A stretch of 64,000 bases of DNA from Gammaproteobacteria bacterium (GCA_965238225.1 OZ250183.1:1536001-1600000); one strand, 5' to 3'; shown: positions 44,093 to 53,885, counted from the first letter of the stretch. Notes: generated by a model from the letters alone, not told the origin. Numbers and translations: made by a program.

Positions 44093-44149
44093 ACATAATA
44101 ATTCATTCCAGCCGACCGCTTACGTGGCGTCTGAATGGTGACGTTATAT
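44093..44149 (+). mobile_element. Degenerate integron attC site (59-be)
   Basis: ACATAAT(R'')-aat-TCATTCCAG(L'')-ccgaccgcttacgtggcgt-CTGAATG(L')-gtgac-GTTATAT(R'), 57 bp; R'' has AAT instead of AAC. Confidence 0.65.
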
Positions 44150-44250
44150 GCTTATCCTTACGCTTTTCTATTCTTCTTAATAGAAGGCTTTGGATAAATA
44201 ATATGAAAAAATAAGAACCTTAATTTTGATCATAATACCACCAATACCTG

Positions 44251-44940
44251 ATGAAAATAAAAATTGTATTTATAAGCCTGATCGCTCTTTTTATATTTAT
44301 CTTTTTTTATTTCGGACTGCATCAATACGCTAATCTGGATACCTTAAAAACACAACAAAACGCCCTTGCCGAATACAAGGATACTCACCCTTTAACCGCA
44401 GCACTAATATTCTTCGTTGCCTACGTTGCCATTACAGGATTATCTCTGCCGGGTGCTGTAATTATGACGCTAGCAGGTGGCGTAGTATTTGGCTTACTCG
44501 TGGGTGTGTTGTTGGCTTCGTTCGCATCTACCATAGGCGCAACACTTGCCTTTTTAACTTCACGCTTTCTATTGCGAGATTCGTTACAAAAGAAATTTGC
44601 AAAACGATTGCATGTTATTAATCAAGGTATAAAGAAAGACGGTGCATTTTATTTATTCACCTTACGTTTAGTGCCTGTATTTCCTTTTTTTATTGTCAAT
44701 TTAGTTATGGGTCTAACCCAAATAAAAACATTGACGTTTTTTCTTATCAGCCAACTAGGTATGCTGGCCGGTACCATTATTTATGTTTTTGCAGGGACAC
44801 AGCTTGCGAAAATCAACAGCTTGAAAGATATTTTTTCCGTAGAATTAATTTTGTCTTTTACGCTACTTGGTCTTTTTCCATTGATTGTGAAAAAAATAAT
44901 TGATTTTATTCAGTCACGACTGACAAATAAAAGAACATAA
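44251..44940 (+). CDS. TVP38/TMEM64 (DedA/SNARE-associated) membrane protein
   Basis: SLPGAVIMTLAGG, LRLVPVFPFFIVN. Confidence 0.92.
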   Translation: MKIKIVFISLIALFIFIFFYFGLHQYANLDTLKTQQNALAEYKDTHPLTAALIFFVAYVAITGLSLPGAVIMTLAGGVVFGLLVGVLLASFASTIGATLAFLTSRFLLRDSLQKKFAKRLHVINQGIKKDGAFYLFTLRLVPVFPFFIVNLVMGLTQIKTLTFFLISQLGMLAGTIIYVFAGTQLAKINSLKDIFSVELILSFTLLGLFPLIVKKIIDFIQSRLTNKRT

Positions 44941-44952
44941 ACTCATTCATTA

Positions 44953-46413
44953 ATGAATAAGAATTATAAAAAACCAAAAAAATTTGATCGCAATCTGCTT
45001 GTATTAGGGGCTGGTGCTGCGGGACTCGTCACTGCCTATATCGCCGCAGCAGTCAAAGCTAAAGTTACCCTGATTGAAAAAAATAAGATGGGTGGAGATT
45101 GTTTGTACACAGGCTGTGTCCCATCAAAAGCCTTAATACGCTCAGCAAAATTTCTTGCTCATGCTCGCCGCGCCAAAGAATTTGGATTTAAATCTGCTGA
45201 TATTGATTTTGACTTTGCCGATGTTATGGAGCGTGTTCAACGTATCATAAAAACTATTGAGCCACATGATTCGATTGAGCGTTACTTAAAACTTGGAGTT
45301 GAATGTATTACAGGTACAGCAAAAATTACCTCGCCATGGACAATCGAGGTCAATGGAAAAACTTTAACAACACGAAATATTGTCATCGCAGCAGGAGCTC
45401 GTCCGTCCGTCCCTGCCATCCTAGGCATTGAAGATATGGCTTATCACACTTCTGATACGCTATGGGAATTAAGAAAATTACCTAAAAGACTTGTAGTCCT
45501 CGGCGGCGGTCCGATTGGCTGTGAACTAACACAATGTTTTGCACGTTTTGGCAGTCATGTGTCACAAATTGAAATGTTGCCTAGATTATTAATTCGTGAA
45601 GACACTGAGATTTCTGAATTAGTCATGCAGCGCTTTAAAAAAGAAGGTGTTTCTGTCCTAACAAATCACAAGGCTAAAAAATTCCTGATTGAACAGAGGG
45701 AAAAAGTTTTAATTTGTGAGTATCAAGGTAAGGATGTTCGTCTTGTTTTTGATGAATTATTAGTTGCAGTCGGTCGTACAGCTAATACCACAGGCTATGG
45801 GTTGGAAGATTTAGGCATACCGACAACGAGTACAAAAACAATCGAAACAAACGAATTTCTACAAACCTCATATCCTAATATTTTTGCATGCGGGGATGTC
45901 ACAGGACCTTTCCAATTTACACATACAGCGGCACATCAGGCATGGTATACAGTAGTTAATTCTCTGTTTGGTGACTTTAAAAAATTTAAAGTAGATTACT
46001 CAGTCATTCCATGGGCTACTTTTACTGATCCTGAAGTTGCACGTGTTGGCATAAATGAAATAGAAGCAAAAATAAGTAATATTCCTTACGAAGTCACTAC
46101 TTATGAAATAGATGATCTTGATCGTGCTATCGCTGATGAAGAAGCACATGGGCTAATCAAAGTGCTCACAGTACCAAGAAAGGATAAAATACTGGGCGTT
46201 ACTATCGCCTGTGAACATGCGGGCGATTTAATTGCCGAGTATGTCAGTGCCATGCGCAATAACATCGGGCTTAACAAAATACTGGATACCATACATATCT
46301 ACCCTACTCTTGCCGAGGCAAACAAGTATGTTGCAGGTAGCTGGAAGAAGGCGCATGCGCCAGAACAATTGCTTAAGTGGGTAGAAAAATTTCATACATG
46401 GAGGAGAAGTTAA
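44953..46413 (+). CDS. Pyridine nucleotide-disulfide oxidoreductase (dihydrolipoamide dehydrogenase / mercuric reductase-like)
   Basis: GAGAAG, GGDCLYTGCVPSK, GGGPIG, HIYPTLAE; lacks the MerA C-terminal Cys pair. Confidence 0.92.
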   Translation: MNKNYKKPKKFDRNLLVLGAGAAGLVTAYIAAAVKAKVTLIEKNKMGGDCLYTGCVPSKALIRSAKFLAHARRAKEFGFKSADIDFDFADVMERVQRIIKTIEPHDSIERYLKLGVECITGTAKITSPWTIEVNGKTLTTRNIVIAAGARPSVPAILGIEDMAYHTSDTLWELRKLPKRLVVLGGGPIGCELTQCFARFGSHVSQIEMLPRLLIREDTEISELVMQRFKKEGVSVLTNHKAKKFLIEQREKVLICEYQGKDVRLVFDELLVAVGRTANTTGYGLEDLGIPTTSTKTIETNEFLQTSYPNIFACGDVTGPFQFTHTAAHQAWYTVVNSLFGDFKKFKVDYSVIPWATFTDPEVARVGINEIEAKISNIPYEVTTYEIDDLDRAIADEEAHGLIKVLTVPRKDKILGVTIACEHAGDLIAEYVSAMRNNIGLNKILDTIHIYPTLAEANKYVAGSWKKAHAPEQLLKWVEKFHTWRRS

Positions 46414-46549
46414 GCAGCACGAGATTTTTGCGCACGCGGCGTGCTTAGATTATAATAATGTTTATGAGCTTATTTGATTTTTATCAAAAAAAAGGATTGG
46501 GGGAAAATTATTTATTCCTAGAGCTACTCTAGCTACTCTTTTAGGAACA

Positions 46550-46873
46550 TTGCCCGACGACATGTTTGTTTATGGTTATTTGTATGGATACATTGACTTT
46601 TGTTTTTATAATTCAAAATGGAATAACCTTGAAGGCGACCCATGGATGGCAGGTATGATTATAATATTTAAAAAATTTTATGGTGAAAAAGGTCTAAAAA
46701 TTTTAGCAAATTCCTCAAAATTTAGGGACACTAATAAAGAATTTATGGCAGCTGCTAATTTTGGTGTAAAGCAAGCAGAAGATTGTCTTATAGATAAAAA
46801 AAATCCCGTTGGACTTTGTGCTTATTTAATTGATGAGGAAGAACTTTTAACTAAATCTGGTTACAAATTTTAA
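46550..46873 (+). CDS. Hypothetical protein, AT-rich, probably 5'-truncated
   Basis: 107-aa ORF, TTG start, closely coupled to the next ORF. Confidence 0.5.
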   Translation: MPDDMFVYGYLYGYIDFCFYNSKWNNLEGDPWMAGMIIIFKKFYGEKGLKILANSSKFRDTNKEFMAAANFGVKQAEDCLIDKKNPVGLCAYLIDEEELLTKSGYKF

Positions 46874-46876
46874 GAA

Positions 46877-47179
46877 GTGAACAAAAACTCATTAACATTA
46901 TTTCTTTTAATGCCAGCTGTATTATTAATAATCGCACCTTTAATTTCTTTCCCATACAGCTTTTATACACTACTTCGTCTTATAGTTAGTGTTACAGCAG
47001 GTTTTATAATTTATCATAGTTATAAAGTGGCAGAGGAAGTTAATGAAATTTCAATTATATTTGCTTTAATTTTAATTTTGTATAATCCAATTGTTCCTGT
47101 GCATCTAAGTAGGGAAATTTGGATGCCAATAAATTTTATTACTTCAGGAATGTATATTTATGGCTTCTTTAAAAATTAA
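46877..47179 (+). CDS. Small membrane protein (DUF6804-like)
   Basis: PYSFYTLLRLIV...LYNPIVPVHLSREIW motif. Confidence 0.7.
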   Translation: MNKNSLTLFLLMPAVLLIIAPLISFPYSFYTLLRLIVSVTAGFIIYHSYKVAEEVNEISIIFALILILYNPIVPVHLSREIWMPINFITSGMYIYGFFKN

Positions 47180-47298
47180 AAAACAAAAAGAGAGCATGTA
47201 GATGCGATTGTCTTGTTAATAATGAGGATGAAAGCCACAGCAACCGAAGCATAAGTCGCCCATTGCATTAAATTCTCGTTTTCGTTTTTACCAGTCAT
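47176..47298 (-). pseudogene. fieF: 5' remnant of a FieF-type cation diffusion facilitator
   Basis: MTGKNENENLMQWATYASVAVAFILIINKTIA resembles the FieF N-terminus (L+RLAT.ASVAVA..LI..K..A); similarity stops at the AT-rich insert. Confidence 0.6.
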
Positions 47299-47647
47299 TA
47301 ATAATGTTAATATTTCAAATTAAAGTTGGGCAAGAAATTGACTGGGAAATTAAAGTATATTTTTTGCCTTTTTTGCTTAAAACTATTTTTTGATTATTGT
47401 GACTCGCTCTCGTCATATTATATTATAGTGACAATGGTACATAGCCATTAAAAAAATAACTAAAAGCGTGCGAATGTAGTAACTTAAATATATTAATTAT
47501 GGATAAATTTAACGAAGATTTATCAGGCGGTTTGTTAAGCGCTGAGACCGTATCTCATTGGCATACATCTCATCATGACAGAAACATTTATCGCAAGAAA
47601 GCACAGTGCTTATACAGCAAGGTCATGCAAAGATCAGGCAATGTAAA

Positions 47648-48436
47648 ATGAGCTGGTGGGGGAAATTAATCGGCGGTTATCTTGGTTTTGCTCTTGGGGG
47701 TCCAATCGGTGCTGTGCTTGGTGCTGCTTTGGGTCACAATTTCGATGAAGCCAGTCAAAACACTCAATCAATTGGTCAGCAAAATCGCTCTCAGGCAGCA
47801 TTTTTTGCCGCAACATTCTCTGTTATGGGTCATATCTGCAAGGCAGATGGTCAGGTCACAGAAGATGAAATTAGTACAGCCAAAATGGTTATGGCACAAA
47901 TGTCATTATCGCCTGCGCAAAAAGATGCCGCTATCGCACTATTTAATGAAGGCAAAAAGGATAATTTTCCTCTTGCAGATATTTTACAACAATTAAAATC
48001 TGAACTTGGTTTATCAAAAAATGTTAAAAGGGTATTTATTGAGATTCAATGTGCTGCTGCATGCGCAGATGGTATTTTGCATCCAGCAGAGCAAAAACTG
48101 TTAGAAGAAATCTGCCGCTTCATACGCTTTTCTGAATATGAATTAAATAGCATCCTTGCTGCAATTTTAGCTGGAGCACAACAGCAAAGCTCAAGCCAAG
48201 GCGGGCGCTTTGGCAACATGCAGTTACAACATGCCTACACCATCTTGAATATTGATCCAAATGCCCATGACCGTGAAGTAAAGCGCGCTTACCGAAAGCT
48301 CATCAGCCAACACCATCCAGACAAGCTCATCGCTAAAGGTCTGCCGGAAGAAATGATGAAAATTACCACACAAAAAACGCAGGAAATCAGGGCTGCTTAC
48401 GAATGCATTATGCATGCAAGAAAGCTCGAGAAGTAA
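47648..48436 (+). CDS. djlA: Co-chaperone DjlA
   Basis: MSWWGKLIGG TM, TerB-like domain, C-terminal J domain HHPDKL; ATG 47648. Confidence 0.95.
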   Translation: MSWWGKLIGGYLGFALGGPIGAVLGAALGHNFDEASQNTQSIGQQNRSQAAFFAATFSVMGHICKADGQVTEDEISTAKMVMAQMSLSPAQKDAAIALFNEGKKDNFPLADILQQLKSELGLSKNVKRVFIEIQCAAACADGILHPAEQKLLEEICRFIRFSEYELNSILAAILAGAQQQSSSQGGRFGNMQLQHAYTILNIDPNAHDREVKRAYRKLISQHHPDKLIAKGLPEEMMKITTQKTQEIRAAYECIMHARKLEK

Positions 48437-48598
48437 CTATACCATAGCCATCCGCAGCCAAATGTTGGCTTAATACTGAAAAGAAACATTCGGCTTTCAG
48501 TATATCTGTGGGGCGGTCTCTAATATATCGGATAAAGCTAGCGAACGCCTGTACCAAATACCTGTATCAAACAGTTTATTCTCTTAACTTTTGGGCTT

Positions 48599-49018
48599 TT
48601 ATTTTCTACCCCGAATGAACACGGTTACAAGACCGACTACAGCTGCACTACCAATTATAGCACCAGGTATTGGGTAACCCAAGACAGCAACAGTAGCGCC
48701 GCTAATTATTGCTACTACCCCTATTATAAGGGCGAAAATCTGCCCTACACTAGCCTCCTTATATCCACTAAGAACATTAAGTTTTTCCATCTCATGTCTA
48801 AGTTTTTCCATCTCATGTCTATGCGTTGCTTCATTTTCCGCCATTGAAATAATGCGGTCAGCAGCGCCTGGGGTTGCCTTATTGTATTGTTCAAGAATTA
48901 CAGGATGGGGTATTGGTCCTTGGAAGGTTTCAGTTACAATTTGTTGAGGTTTTTTTAGCGATTGCTCAGCTTGTTTTTGCATGCCTTGCTTATTACGTTG
49001 CCCCTTCCCCTTGCTCAC
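48599..49018 (-). CDS. DUF2335 membrane protein
   Basis: FQGPIPHP..L..Y....PGAADRI..MAE.E..HRH followed by two TMs; GTG start with GGAGG RBS. Confidence 0.85.
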   Translation of the reverse strand: MSKGKGQRNKQGMQKQAEQSLKKPQQIVTETFQGPIPHPVILEQYNKATPGAADRIISMAENEATHRHEMEKLRHEMEKLNVLSGYKEASVGQIFALIIGVVAIISGATVAVLGYPIPGAIIGSAAVVGLVTVFIRGRK

Positions 49019-49214
49019 GCTCGTATTCCTCCGTAGCACTCCTTATGTCGTTGCCTACCTGTAACCAATCACCATACAGTGCTTCGGCATCAGAACGTAG
49101 CGCCTCAGCATCAGAACGCGTTAGAAATTGCTCTTTTATTCTTGATCCTGTATCAGGCCATATTTCCAAAACAGAGGACGCACCACGCATCCAATTTATA
49201 ATTCTTCCACCCAT
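48993..49214 (-). CDS. Small hypothetical protein, partner of DUF2335
   Basis: G..SVL...P...SDAEAL..DW..VGNDIRSA pattern; overlaps the DUF2335 start; start uncertain. Confidence 0.65.
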   Translation of the reverse strand: MGGRIINWMRGASSVLEIWPDTGSRIKEQFLTRSDAEALRSDAEALYGDWLQVGNDIRSATEEYEREQGEGAT

Positions 49215-49358
49215 TCTGCGAAGTCTAATGTCAATAAACACAACCGTCAATATTAATTGACTGTTCCAACAATTTGGTACCCTGATATTACAATCTGTAG
49301 GACAATCGCTAATACACGGGATAAAGTCAGCGAGCACCTGTGTTAAGACCAAGAGCGG

Positions 49359-49431
49359 TGCCGAAGAGAGGATTCGAACCTCCGACCTACTATTTACGAA
49401 ACAGTTGCTCTACCAACTGAGCTACTTCGGC
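49359..49431 (-). tRNA. tRNA-Thr (anticodon CGT)
   Basis: GCCGAAGTAGCTCAGTTGGTAGAGCAACTGTTTCGTAAATAGTAGGTCGGAGGTTCGAATCCTCTCTTCGGCA folds as a cloverleaf; followed by CCG rather than CCA. Confidence 0.96.
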
Positions 49432-49475
49432 ATTTGCTTTAAAAAACGCTGCAAGTGTATACCCAAACGGCTTAT

Positions 49476-49922
49476 TTATGATTGGCTCTTTACTCGAATG
49501 ACAACATCAACACCTGTTTGTATTGTATTTTTTGGCAAGTTATGAATTTCCTTAACAAACATCTCTGTATCATCAATATCCCGAAGCAAACCGGTATCTT
49601 CATTATAAAAATGATGATGTTTCTCGGTATTTGAGTCATAGAAAATATATCTGGAATCTACGACCACTTGATTAGCCAACCCCTTGTCCACAAACAAATT
49701 TAAAGTGTTGTAAACGGTAGCTTTGGAGACTAATTCACTTTTTGTATTTACTCGTTTAAATACCTGTTCTGCGGATAAATGTTGAGGTTTTGTTAGTAAC
49801 GCTGTAGCGATACCAATCCGTTGTGAGGTAAGTACGATTTCGTGCCTTTCCAAAGCTGCCACAATCTGCTCACTATGAATATTACGTTTTAAATCAAACT
49901 TCATAATCGGTAGTATATCCAA
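49476..49922 (-). CDS. Fur-family transcriptional regulator (Irr-like)
   Basis: TSQR..I, HLSAE, SKATVYNTL, HHHFYNEDTG. Confidence 0.9.
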   Translation of the reverse strand: MDILPIMKFDLKRNIHSEQIVAALERHEIVLTSQRIGIATALLTKPQHLSAEQVFKRVNTKSELVSKATVYNTLNLFVDKGLANQVVVDSRYIFYDSNTEKHHHFYNEDTGLLRDIDDTEMFVKEIHNLPKNTIQTGVDVVIRVKSQS

Positions 49923-49929
49923 AGTTCAT

Positions 49930-50967
49930 TCAATCTGCACTAAAGATCATATCAGCAATCTTTCTAGCGCAAACTGGTGCCTGTAGAATGCCTTTCCTGA
50001 AATGTCCTGCATTGATGTAAATATTTTCATAGCCTTCAAACTTGCTTAGATAGGGTATTCCATTGCCCGTAGCAGGGCGCAATCCAGCCCATTGTTTGAT
50101 AAATTTGGCAGCAGAAATATCCGGCCAAAGCGCAAAAGCCCAGTCCATCAAATCATTTCTTGCAGACTGTGTTATATCTTTACTAAAACCGACATCTTCC
50201 ATTGTGCTGCCAATTAACACGTGACCATCCTTTCTGGGGATAAAATAATGCGCGCCATCCAATATCATCGATTTAAGCTGCTGCTTAGGAAATTTCACAC
50301 AAAGCATTTGCCCCAAAACAGGTTTTATCTTTATATCATCATTTATCGGACGTGATATTTTTTCGCTCCAGGCACCAGCGGAAATAATAAACAAGCTGGC
50401 GCAATGTTTTCCATTCCCAGTGATTATAGCATCACATCTACCCTTATTGAGTTCCAGCCCGGTAATTGCTGTATCTTCAAAAATACTTACATCAAGCTTT
50501 ACGAGGCTAGCGCGCAACGCCTTTAATAGTCTTGAAACCCTAATCTGTGCAATCTCAGGAAAAAATATCGATTTGTCAGGGATGCGCATGTGCACTGGAT
50601 ATTCTTTGTGATGTTCAGAATACGAAAATTTAGTTTTATCGGCCCATGTTTTTGCATGCCCAAGGTCTGCTTCATCAATCATCAATAGTCCAGATCTGTA
50701 AAATTCTGGGTCAACCCCCGTCTCATCTTTCAATGCTTTTGTATAGTCTTCATAGCATGCCTTACCTTCGCTTGATAACTTTGCTGAATCTGAATGCTCA
50801 AACCATGGTCGCATGGAGGATAAAATCCCTCCAGCCGCAAAACTTGCTTGCTTACCTAATCGGCCTTTGTCAAATAAGGAAACAGCAAGACCTCGCATAG
50901 CGAGTTCCCTAGCTGTAGCCATACCAACAATACCCCCTCCAACAATGATGCAGTCTTTCTTGTGCAT
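49930..50967 (-). CDS. thiO: Glycine oxidase ThiO / DAO-family FAD oxidoreductase
   Basis: GGGIVG, ASFAAGGILS, WAGLRP, GHFRKG; commonly divergent from the fimT/fimU operon. Confidence 0.85.
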   Translation of the reverse strand: MHKKDCIIVGGGIVGMATARELAMRGLAVSLFDKGRLGKQASFAAGGILSSMRPWFEHSDSAKLSSEGKACYEDYTKALKDETGVDPEFYRSGLLMIDEADLGHAKTWADKTKFSYSEHHKEYPVHMRIPDKSIFFPEIAQIRVSRLLKALRASLVKLDVSIFEDTAITGLELNKGRCDAIITGNGKHCASLFIISAGAWSEKISRPINDDIKIKPVLGQMLCVKFPKQQLKSMILDGAHYFIPRKDGHVLIGSTMEDVGFSKDITQSARNDLMDWAFALWPDISAAKFIKQWAGLRPATGNGIPYLSKFEGYENIYINAGHFRKGILQAPVCARKIADMIFSAD

Positions 50968-51024
50968 TTAAGATAATATTTCACAAAATTCCATAACTAA
51001 AGCATAAAACATACCTCGAAATCT

Positions 51025-51087
51025 GACATTTATCGAAATTATTTACCGTTTTATTGACCGTTCATTGGAATTAAAATACCGTTTATC
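51025..51087 (+). promoter_or_regulatory. AlgR/LytTR-like direct-repeat boxes upstream of the minor pilin operon
   Basis: ACCGTTttat 51045, ACCGTTcatt 51057, ACCGTTtatc 51078 (last two 21 bp apart); resembles AlgR consensus ACCGTTCGTC. Confidence 0.6.
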
Positions 51088-51180
51088 AGATAATAAGGTG
51101 GAAAATATTGATTTTTTTGCTATAAAAGGCTCTGCTGTAAACGTGCAGTCATGCTAACAAAATATATTTAAATTAATAAA

Positions 51181-51684
51181 ATGCGCAGACACAAAAACAA
51201 TAATTTGCAATCTGGTTTTACTCTTCTTGAGTTGATGACTGTTATTGTTGTGGCAGGAATTTTGTTTGCTATAGGCTTGCCTCAGTTTGAGGGTTATATT
51301 AACTCTAGCCGCCTTACCGCACAGTCAAACTCTTTGCTTACCTCCTTACACTTTGCGCGCAATGAGGCTATCACTAGAGGGCATAGCGTAAACGTATTGT
51401 CACTAAATGGTAGTAATATCTGGACAAACGGTTGGCAGGTGCGGCTGGATGTAGATAATCAGGGTGATATTGATGTGGAAGATATTGCGATCCGCACCTA
51501 TGAACCCATTCAAAACTCCACACTTATTGGTGATGCAAGCAGAGTGACCTATAAAGCAACGGGTTTTGCCAAGACAACAGTTAAGATTACCCTACGACCC
51601 AATAATTGCCGCTCTGGTACGCAACAATCTGTAATCCGTGTAAGATTATCTGGCCTTGCCATAGCTAAAAGAGAAAGCTGTTAG
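51181..51684 (+). CDS. fimT: Type IV minor pilin FimT/FimU (GspH-like)
   Basis: G|FTLLE prepilin site, ARNEAITRG. Confidence 0.88.
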   Translation: MRRHKNNNLQSGFTLLELMTVIVVAGILFAIGLPQFEGYINSSRLTAQSNSLLTSLHFARNEAITRGHSVNVLSLNGSNIWTNGWQVRLDVDNQGDIDVEDIAIRTYEPIQNSTLIGDASRVTYKATGFAKTTVKITLRPNNCRSGTQQSVIRVRLSGLAIAKRESC

Positions 51685-51702
51685 AATGCTTAAGGAATAT
51701 TC

Positions 51703-52197
51703 ATGCGTAAAAAAACTACTATCCATAAAGCAAAACACATAAGGGAAACAAAAAACCCAAGCAAGAACCTGAGTGGCTTCACCTTGCTTGAAGCGCTCAT
51801 TGCGCTTTTGGTCTTATCAATCGGGCTGCTCGGGCTTGCTGCATTACAAGCCAATGCGCTCAAGTTAAATCACGGTGCTTATAACCGCACGCAGGCAACC
51901 TTTCTAGTCCAGGACATGATGGACAGATTGCGTGCTAACCGTATAGCTGCGCAAGAAGGAAGATGTAATGTTGGTATGGGCGATCAAATCACCGGAGGAG
52001 GATTGTGCCAAGCAGATGTTAATGACTGGCAAGTGTCTTTCGTTAGAAATTTTCTGCCAGAGGGTGAAGGAAAGATTGACTGTGCCACGGAGACAGAGGT
52101 CTGCACCATCGAAGTGCAATGGGATATAAGTCGCGAAGGCGGCTCTGTTATTGACGGTTCTAATATTGCGAATTTTGAAATTACCGCTTTTCTTTAA
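51703..52197 (+). CDS. pilV: Type IV minor pilin PilV
   Basis: G|FTLLEALIAL, RTQATFL..DMMDRLRAN. Confidence 0.92.
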   Translation: MRKKTTIHKAKHIRETKNPSKNLSGFTLLEALIALLVLSIGLLGLAALQANALKLNHGAYNRTQATFLVQDMMDRLRANRIAAQEGRCNVGMGDQITGGGLCQADVNDWQVSFVRNFLPEGEGKIDCATETEVCTIEVQWDISREGGSVIDGSNIANFEITAFL

Positions 52198-52253
52198 CAA
52201 CTATATTTTTCCTGAATTACTGTTTTTTAAACTATTTATGAAACGGAAGATAT

Positions 52254-53297
52254 ATGGCATATTTAAATAACCCAAGACAACAGGGGTTTTCGTTGATTGA
52301 GGTCATGATTGCGGTAGTCATTGGTATAGCGCTGCTTGGCGGTGCTGTCAATATATTTATCAGTAATAATAATGTATATCGCTTAGAAACGCAGTTATCG
52401 CGCATGCAGGAAACCGGGCGTTTCTTGATCGATACTATCGCAAAAGAAATTCGTATGGCAGGATTTATTGGCTGTGGTCATCGTCAGCTTATCGAGCCTA
52501 ATACCTTAGTCGCCGATCCGCCCTTTGCTATTGAGGACGAAAATTCTATTAGAGGTTTTGAATTCGAAGGAACGACATGGAATCCTGCCTTGCCAGATTT
52601 TATTACAGCAAGCAGTGACATTAATGCCACTGTATTACCGTATACTGATGTTATCGCTATACAGCGAGGCGATACTTGTTCGGCGACATTAGCTAATGAT
52701 TTGCTTACATTTGGTGACGAGGTAGAGCTAATAAGTAATGATTGTAATTTTCAAGAAAACCAGATAGTCATTATTACTGATTGTGCAGACACTGCAGACG
52801 TCTTTATGATCAACAATGATCCGAGCGGCAACAGCTTGGCGCATGCGGAAGCGTTGAGCAAGAAGTACAGATCCAATGATGGATCGCAAGTACTCAAGTA
52901 TTTGACTAATGTTTTCTATATTGAAGAAAACACAAACAGGGAGCCGTCTGCTTGGCTGGCCTCATGGGATCCAGCCGCTGCCGCCAGAGGGGAATCAGAT
53001 GCCAGAGGGGACTACATGATATTCGAGCTCGCTGATGGTGTTGAGCGTATGCATATCCTGTATGGCATTGACACCAATGATGATCAATATGTCGATGAAT
53101 ATGTGACGGCAAACAATGTAACAGATTGGGGCACAGTCTCGAGTGCGAGAGTTAACGTGTTGGTGCGCAGTGATAATAACATCACCTTAGAGGCGCGCCC
53201 TTTCCAGTTCGACGGCGAGGATGTCAACACTGATAATGACACAAGACTACGCCTCGCATTTTCTGCTACAGTCACTTTGCGTAACCGACTGCCCTAA
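52254..53297 (+). CDS. pilW: Type IV minor pilin PilW
   Basis: G|FSLIE, RMQETGRF, GVERMHILYGID, TVTLRN. Confidence 0.92.
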   Translation: MAYLNNPRQQGFSLIEVMIAVVIGIALLGGAVNIFISNNNVYRLETQLSRMQETGRFLIDTIAKEIRMAGFIGCGHRQLIEPNTLVADPPFAIEDENSIRGFEFEGTTWNPALPDFITASSDINATVLPYTDVIAIQRGDTCSATLANDLLTFGDEVELISNDCNFQENQIVIITDCADTADVFMINNDPSGNSLAHAEALSKKYRSNDGSQVLKYLTNVFYIEENTNREPSAWLASWDPAAAARGESDARGDYMIFELADGVERMHILYGIDTNDDQYVDEYVTANNVTDWGTVSSARVNVLVRSDNNITLEARPFQFDGEDVNTDNDTRLRLAFSATVTLRNRLP

Positions 53298-53309
53298 GGA
53301 GGCTCAACT

Positions 53310-53885
53310 ATGGCAAATTTTTCCACTGCTTATTATTCAGGCACTCCAAAGCATCGGGGCGCGGTCTTAATCGTCAGCCTAATGATGCTCGTCATCATGA
53401 CCATCCTAGGCATTAATGCCGTGCTTACAACAACCTTGCAAGAAAAAATGACCGGTAATCTACGCAATAAACATATGTCTTTTCAGGCAACTGAGGCAGC
53501 ATTGCGTACTGGCGAAAAAATGGCGTTAACACTCACCCGTGCCCAGATATTCGATGATGATGGGGGGGCAGATGGTATGTATACGCGACAAAATTTTACT
53601 GTTAGAGAACTTCTAGATATTACATCTTCAGACGAGCTCAGCTGGCAAGATGGTAGTGATGGTAGTGCTCAATTAGCACCGCCAACGCTTTTCAAAGAAC
53701 CACAATACATTGTCGAAAATTATGGTGAATCACCGCGTAACAAGAGCTGCATGAGAAACGCTGCCAAGCAGTCTTGCGGTAATCCCAGTTGTTGCCTAGC
53801 TAGAGTTTATCGTATTACCGCGAGAGGATTCGGGATTAATAATATAGGTGGAACTGTGTTGCAATCAACAGTCAGAGAACAATAA
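53310..53885 (+). CDS. pilX: Type IV minor pilin PilX
   Basis: G|AVLIVSL (no Glu5), FQATEAALRTGE, YRITARG. Confidence 0.92.
   Translation: MANFSTAYYSGTPKHRGAVLIVSLMMLVIMTILGINAVLTTTLQEKMTGNLRNKHMSFQATEAALRTGEKMALTLTRAQIFDDDGGADGMYTRQNFTVRELLDITSSDELSWQDGSDGSAQLAPPTLFKEPQYIVENYGESPRNKSCMRNAAKQSCGNPSCCLARVYRITARGFGINNIGGTVLQSTVREQ

Noticed and set aside
44953-46413. Mercuric reductase merA
   Set aside because: No N-terminal HMA domain, no C-terminal Cys-Cys pair, no mer operon
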